Assembly: GCA_900234795.1 (NCBI GenBank)
Contig: LT962688.1
Coordinates: 3,660,001-3,692,000 of the forward strand
Length of the DNA: 32,000 nt
Direction: 5' to 3'
From: Methylorubrum extorquens
GTDB taxonomy: Bacteria; Pseudomonadota; Alphaproteobacteria; Rhizobiales; Beijerinckiaceae
Shown: one piece after another, positions 27,567 through 32,000 of the stretch
How positions within the stretch are numbered: position 1 is the first letter of the stretch
Layout: every line of letters begins with the position of its first letter
The notes under the pieces: model-generated
What the model saw: the letters and a program-made list of their open reading frames with translations, nothing else
Database searches by the model: none
Told to the model about the DNA's origin: nothing
Translations under genes and position numbers: made by a program

Positions 27567-28949
27567 CTACTCCGCCGCGTCGAGGCGCGGGCGCTCGATC
27601 TCGGCGCGCTCGCGCTTCACCAGTTCGGCGGTCAGGAACGCCACCTCCAGCGCCTGCTCCGCGTTGAGGCGCGGGTCGCAATAGGTGTGGTAGCGGTCCT
27701 GAAGGTCATCCGCCGTCAGCGCACGGGCGCCACCGGTGCATTCGGTGACGTCCTTGCCGGTCATCTCGAGATGGATGCCGCCGGCGATCGTGCCTTCCGC
27801 GCGGTGCACGCCGAAGAAGCCCTCGATCTCCTGCATCACCCGCTCGAACGGCCGGGTCTTGTAGCGGCCGGCGGCGATGGTGTTGCCGTGCATCGGATCG
27901 CAGACCCACACCACGTTGCGGCCCTCGCGCTGCACCGTGCGGATCAGCCCCGGCAGGTGATCGCCGACCTTGTCCGCGCCGAAGCGGCAGATCAGGCTGA
28001 GGCGCCCGGCCTCGTTCTCCGGGTTGAGGAGATCGATCAGACGGATCAGCCCTTCGGCCGTGGTCGAGGGCCCGCATTTCAGGCCGATCGGGTTCTTGAT
28101 GCCGCGGGCGTATTCCACATGGGCGTGGTCCGGCTGGCGGGTGCGGTCGCCGATCCAGAGCATATGGCCGGAGGTCGCGTACCAATCGCCGCTCGTCGAA
28201 TCGACGCGGGTCAGCGACTCCTCGTAGCCGAGCAGCAGCGCCTCGTGGCTGGTGTAGAAGTCCGTGGTGCGGACCTCCTGGTGCGTCTCCGGGTTGATGC
28301 CGATGGCGCGCATGAAGTCGAGCGCGTCCGACATCCGCTCGGCCACATCGCGGTAGCGCGAGGATTGCGGGCTGTCCTTGACGAAGCCGAGCATCCAGCG
28401 ATGCGCGTTCTCGAGGTTGGCGTAGCCGCCGGTGGCGAAGGCGCGCAGCAGGTTCAGCGTCGCCGCCGACTGCCGGTAGGCCTCGAGCTGGCGGCGCGGA
28501 TCGGGGATCCGGGCCTCCTCGTTGAAGGTCAGGCCGTTGATGATGTCGCCGCGGTAGCTCGGCAGCGCCACGCCGTCGAGCGTCTCGGTCGGCGAGGAGC
28601 GCGGCTTGGCGAACTGCCCGGCAATGCGGCCGACCTTCACCACGGGCGAGCCGCCCGCGAAGGTGAGCACCATCGCCATCTGCAGGAAGACGCGGAAGAA
28701 GTCGCGGATGTTGTCGGCCGAATGCTCGTCGAAGCTCTCGGCGCAGTCGCCGCCTTGCAGGAGGAAGGCTTCGCCCGCCTCGACGCGCGCCAGGGCCGCC
28801 TTCAGCTTGCGCGCCTCACCGGCAAAAACGAGCGGCGGAAAGCTCGCGAGTTGCGCCTCGACGGCCTGGAGAGCGCCCGCGTCCGGATAGGACGGGACCT
28901 GCTGGATCGGCAGGTTGCGCCAGGTTTTGGGGGTCCACCGCTCGGCCAT
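27567..28949 (-). CDS. Class II 3-deoxy-7-phosphoheptulonate (DAHP) synthase
   Basis: ATG 28949 (GGAGAG RBS; the ORF track starts at GTG 28967). [23 protein letters not shown]...[12 protein letters not shown]...[12 protein letters not shown]...WIGDRTRQ...[10 protein letters not shown] are hallmark class II DAHPS blocks. Confidence 0.9.
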   Translation of the reverse strand: MAERWTPKTWRNLPIQQVPSYPDAGALQAVEAQLASFPPLVFAGEARKLKAALARVEAGEAFLLQGGDCAESFDEHSADNIRDFFRVFLQMAMVLTFAGGSPVVKVGRIAGQFAKPRSSPTETLDGVALPSYRGDIINGLTFNEEARIPDPRRQLEAYRQSAATLNLLRAFATGGYANLENAHRWMLGFVKDSPQSSRYRDVAERMSDALDFMRAIGINPETHQEVRTTDFYTSHEALLLGYEESLTRVDSTSGDWYATSGHMLWIGDRTRQPDHAHVEYARGIKNPIGLKCGPSTTAEGLIRLIDLLNPENEAGRLSLICRFGADKVGDHLPGLIRTVQREGRNVVWVCDPMHGNTIAAGRYKTRPFERVMQEIEGFFGVHRAEGTIAGGIHLEMTGKDVTECTGGARALTADDLQDRYHTYCDPRLNAEQALEVAFLTAELVKRERAEIERPRLDAAE

Positions 28950-29086
28950 GATACTCTCTCCGCTCACCCGATCGGGTGATGCGCGCGGGCCCTCCCGCCT
29001 CGCGCGAAGCCGGGCTTATAGAGCGGTTTTTCAGAAGTTGCGAGTTGGCCGACGCCATAGCTGAGTATCGGCCGACGCATCGGCCG

Positions 29087-30253
29087 CTATTCGCGCAATC
29101 CCGACCCGGCGCCCCGGCCGGCGAGCAGGCCGACGAGCTCGGCTTGGCGCGACACGCCGGTCTTCTGGAAGATGCGCCGGAGCACCGAGCGGGCGGTGCT
29201 GGGGGTGATTCCGAGCTTGGCCGCGGCCGGTGCCGGAGCATCGCCCGCCGCGATCAGGGCGGCGAGCCGGGCCTCGGCCGGGGTCAGGTCAAACAGGCCC
29301 TGGACCACATCCGCACTCGGCACGTCCTGGGCCACGACGGGGGTGGCGATCAGCACGAAGCGGGCGCGGACGAACACGTCATGGGCCGCACCGCGGATCG
29401 GCACGAGATGCAGGATCACCGGGGGACGCTCACCACTCGCGGCGATCGGGATCGAGCGCACCGGCATCGCCTGCGGCGAGGCGGATTGTGCCACGGCTTC
29501 GCGCAGCAGCCTGTCGGCGGCCGGATCGACCGCGGCGAGCCGCAAGGGTTGGTCGCTGAGGGTGTGAGGCATCATCGCCACCAGGGACGGATTGGCGTCG
29601 ATGACCCGCCCGCCGCTTCCGAGCACGGCCGCCGGCAGGCCGAGTGCTTCGAGCGTCCGGGTGGTGGTCGAGACCCGCTCCATCTCCAGGCGTGCGGAGA
29701 GCAGGGCGGCCCGGGCGAGATGGGGACGCAGGCTGTTGAGCGCGGACAGAATCTGCGGCCCGAAATCGCCCTCGGCGCGGGCGCGCTCGCAATGGACGAT
29801 GACGCTGTCGCCGCTCGGCACCAGCACGGCAGTCGCGGTACCCGCGCCGTAGCCCCGGGGGATCAGGAAGTCCTGATAGAGCGGCAGCGTCGCGATCTCC
29901 TCCTCCGTCACGACGTCGAGGTCGTTGAGAAAGCCGGGATGACGCAGCGCCAACAGGCGTCCGATGCGGACGTTGTCGGGGAAGCGCTCGAAATGATCGA
30001 TCACCAGCGGGTCGAACTCCGGCGACGTCGTCACGAAGTCGCGAAAGTGCGTCCCGGTCGAGACGATCATCACCGCCTGCGGGGCGCCGGCGAAGCGGGC
30101 GAGTTCGACGAGCACCTCGCGCCACAGCTCCGGCAAGGCCGCCGCTTCGTAGATCCGGTCGATCAGGGCAGCCCCCTCGGCCGACAGGGCGGCGGCCGGC
30201 TCGATCGAGGCCGAGCGGATGGCGGAGGGAAAGGGGTTGGAATGGATCGTCAT
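29087..30253 (-). CDS. LuxR-family transcriptional regulator with a long non-AHL N-terminal sensory region
   Basis: ATG 30253 gives 388 aa. C-terminal GerE/LuxR HTH: LTPAEARLAALIAAGDAPAPAAAKLGITPSTARSVLRRIFQKTGVSRQAELV. The N-terminal IDRIYEAAALPELWREVL motif is typical of the PAS/GAF-like LuxR solos of alpha- and betaproteobacteria. Confidence 0.85.
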   Translation of the reverse strand: MTIHSNPFPSAIRSASIEPAAALSAEGAALIDRIYEAAALPELWREVLVELARFAGAPQAVMIVSTGTHFRDFVTTSPEFDPLVIDHFERFPDNVRIGRLLALRHPGFLNDLDVVTEEEIATLPLYQDFLIPRGYGAGTATAVLVPSGDSVIVHCERARAEGDFGPQILSALNSLRPHLARAALLSARLEMERVSTTTRTLEALGLPAAVLGSGGRVIDANPSLVAMMPHTLSDQPLRLAAVDPAADRLLREAVAQSASPQAMPVRSIPIAASGERPPVILHLVPIRGAAHDVFVRARFVLIATPVVAQDVPSADVVQGLFDLTPAEARLAALIAAGDAPAPAAAKLGITPSTARSVLRRIFQKTGVSRQAELVGLLAGRGAGSGLRE

Positions 30254-30635
30254 GAATCGAGCGAAAGCAATGGAACGAACGCGGTCACAGGGTCGGAATT
30301 TGCCATCTCCGCAGGCCGCGGGATACAGCATTGGGCTTGCTGGAACAGTATTTTGTCGGATCTTGTCCCCAGAAAAGCAATCACAACCTGCACACAGCCA
30401 GACTCCAGTCCCCTAACGGGAAATTAAAATCAGTATGTCGCGCTGAATTCCCCCTTTTTAGCCGATTAACAAATGCAATGAAACTTGTCTTCCCTGACAG
30501 CGGGCCAACGTCTCGCCGGGACGCGAGAGACGCCCTCCGGAGAATGAGCGCGATCCATGCCGGCCGGGGACGATTGATCGCGGCGCCCGGTGACCGAGAT
30601 CTCCGCCGGGATCGGCTAGGCAGGGAGGATGATCC

Positions 30636-31367
30636 ATGCGGCTCCACGTTCTCGGTTGCGGCGACGCGTTCGGCTCGGGCGGGCGCTTCAACACCTGCTT
30701 CCACGTCGATGCGCCCGGCGGCGCCTTCCTCATCGATTGCGGCGCCTCCGCGCTCATCGCGATCCGGCGCTTCGGCGTCGAGCCGAACCGCATCCGCACG
30801 GTGTTCCTCACCCATCTCCACGGCGACCATTTCGGCGGCCTGCCCTGGCTGATCCTCGACGGGCAGCTCGTCAGCGGGCGCACGGAGCCGTTGACCGTGG
30901 TCGGACCGCCGGGCACGGCCGAGCGCCTTCCGGCGGCGATGGAGGTGTTGTTTCCCGGCTCCAGCACGGCCGAGCGCCGATTCCCAGTCGAGGTCGTGGA
31001 GATGGAAGCCGGGCGCCCGGTCGAGACCGGGGGCGTGCGGGCCACCGCCTTCACCATGCGCCACCCCTCGGGCGCACCGGCACACGCCCTGCGGATCGAG
31101 GCGGCGGGCAAGGTCGTCAGCTATACCGGCGACACCGAGTGGGTGGAGGATATCGTCGCCGCGGGGCGTGGGGCGGACCTGATGATTGCCGAGGGCTACA
31201 CCGTGGAGCGTCCGGTGAAATTCCACCTCGATTGGGCGACGCTGAAGCGGCGCCTGCCCGAGATCGGCCCGAAGCAGCTGATGCTCACGCATATGAGCCT
31301 GGAGATGATCGCTTACCCGCCGGACGGTTACATCGCAGCCGAGGACGGGCTCGTCCTCACCCTTTGA
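30636..31367 (+). CDS. MBL-fold metallo-hydrolase (RNase Z/ElaC-like short form)
   Basis: 243-aa ORF with a GGGAGG RBS. Contains MRLHVLGCGDAF and the HxHxDH motif THLHGDHFGG. Confidence 0.85.
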   Translation: MRLHVLGCGDAFGSGGRFNTCFHVDAPGGAFLIDCGASALIAIRRFGVEPNRIRTVFLTHLHGDHFGGLPWLILDGQLVSGRTEPLTVVGPPGTAERLPAAMEVLFPGSSTAERRFPVEVVEMEAGRPVETGGVRATAFTMRHPSGAPAHALRIEAAGKVVSYTGDTEWVEDIVAAGRGADLMIAEGYTVERPVKFHLDWATLKRRLPEIGPKQLMLTHMSLEMIAYPPDGYIAAEDGLVLTL

Positions 31368-31389
31368 CCCCGCCCCTCGCTACGCGCGA

Positions 31390-31692
31390 TCAGCGCTTGC
31401 GCACGAATTCCGTGCGCAGGACGAGGCCCTTGATGCTGTCGTGGCGGCAATCGATCTCCTCCGGATCGTCCGTGAGGCGGATCGACCGGATGACGGTGCC
31501 CTGCTTCAGGGTCTGGTTCGCGCCCTTGACCTTGAGATCCTTGATCAGGGTGACCGCATCACCGTCGGCCAGGATGTTGCCCGCGGCGTCGCGGACAGGC
31601 GCCCTCGCAGCCGGCGTCTCGGCCGCCGCGCCAGCGGGGCGCCATTCGCCGAGCGCTTCGTCGTAGATGTAGGTGTCGTCCGTATCCGGCAT
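31390..31692 (-). CDS. PhnA C-terminal-domain protein (no N-terminal zinc ribbon)
   Basis: ATG 31692 is preceded by AGGAG; the ORF track starts at GTG 31713. GNILADGDAVTLIKDLKVKGANQTLKQGTVIRSIRLTDDPEEIDCRHDSIKGLVLRTEFVRKR matches the PhnA C-terminal domain. Confidence 0.8.
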   Translation of the reverse strand: MPDTDDTYIYDEALGEWRPAGAAAETPAARAPVRDAAGNILADGDAVTLIKDLKVKGANQTLKQGTVIRSIRLTDDPEEIDCRHDSIKGLVLRTEFVRKR

Positions 31693-31913
31693 CGTCTGGC
31701 TCCTGGCGGTCACGCCACCGTGAGCGCGGCCATAGCGGTGGCTTGGGATAGCGGCGCCTTGGGCAGGCCGACAAGCGCGTTGCGAGCATAGCTCCGAACC
31801 GACTACCGTTCCGCGAGTTGGCAGCGGGTGTTCGCAGGGTCACCGTTACCTGCGTGTCATCCCATTCGGGCAAACAGCCCGACCCCATGTTTACGACCGG
31901 AGTCACACCGACC

Positions 31914-32000
31914 ATGCGCCAGGAAATGCTCTCCGGACTGCTCGGCCTCGGCCTGCTCTGCGCGCCGGCCCTCGTCGCGGGCACCGTTCCCGCCTCGGCG
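31914..32000 (+). CDS. Partial CDS (first 29 codons), probable secreted protein
   Basis: Manual translation gives MRQEMLSGLLGLGLLCAPALVAGTVPASA, which is signal-peptide-like and open to the window end. Too short to classify. Confidence 0.3.
   Translation, partial: MRQEMLSGLLGLGLLCAPALVAGTVPASA

Noticed and set aside
30341-30356. Sigma54-type -24/-12 promoter (TGGAAC-N-TTTTGT) upstream of the MBL hydrolase
   Set aside because: The GG to G(C) spacing is one nt too long, and the -12 element reads GT rather than GC.
27408-30427. 523-aa and 483-aa plus-strand ORFs opposite DAHP synthase and the LuxR regulator
   Set aside because: Both overlap confidently identified minus-strand genes and have shadow-ORF composition.

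Overview
High-GC (roughly 70% by eye) alphaproteobacterial chromosomal segment. Gene content and repeat style fit Hyphomicrobiales, possibly Methylobacteriaceae, but that assignment is inference only. Most of the window is ordinary core genome. It contains a LemA-TPM-TPM operon, cstA-ybdD, a DUF898 (YjgN-like)/M48 peptidase pair, ndk, a DUF2147 protein, a large porin, hslO, edd-eda, a TonB-dependent receptor and a DUF2794 protein. It also contains bluB, an L,D-transpeptidase, an ABC exporter, gmk, yicC, class II DAHP synthase, a LuxR-type regulator, an MBL-fold hydrolase and a PhnA-like protein. The first ~1.2 kb is visibly AT-richer and carries polysaccharide-modification genes (a DUF563/GT61-like glycosyltransferase fragment plus a SAM methyltransferase). 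I found no rRNA, tRNA, CRISPR array, transposase or integrase. The many long ORFs antisense to real genes are GC-driven shadow ORFs. I did not find a convincing complete novel multi-gene system. The items most worth a second look are: (1) a 710-aa ORF that fuses an Omp25/Omp31-like small beta-barrel to an OprB-type carbohydrate porin; (2) a 513-bp structured region upstream of bluB with a strong orphan intrinsic terminator and only weak cobalamin-riboswitch resemblance; (3) two conserved modules of unknown function (LemA-TPM-TPM and DUF898-M48); (4) an orphan 181-aa protein convergent with a well-supported 71-aa small ORF; (5) a dispersed structured intergenic repeat present at two or three loci.
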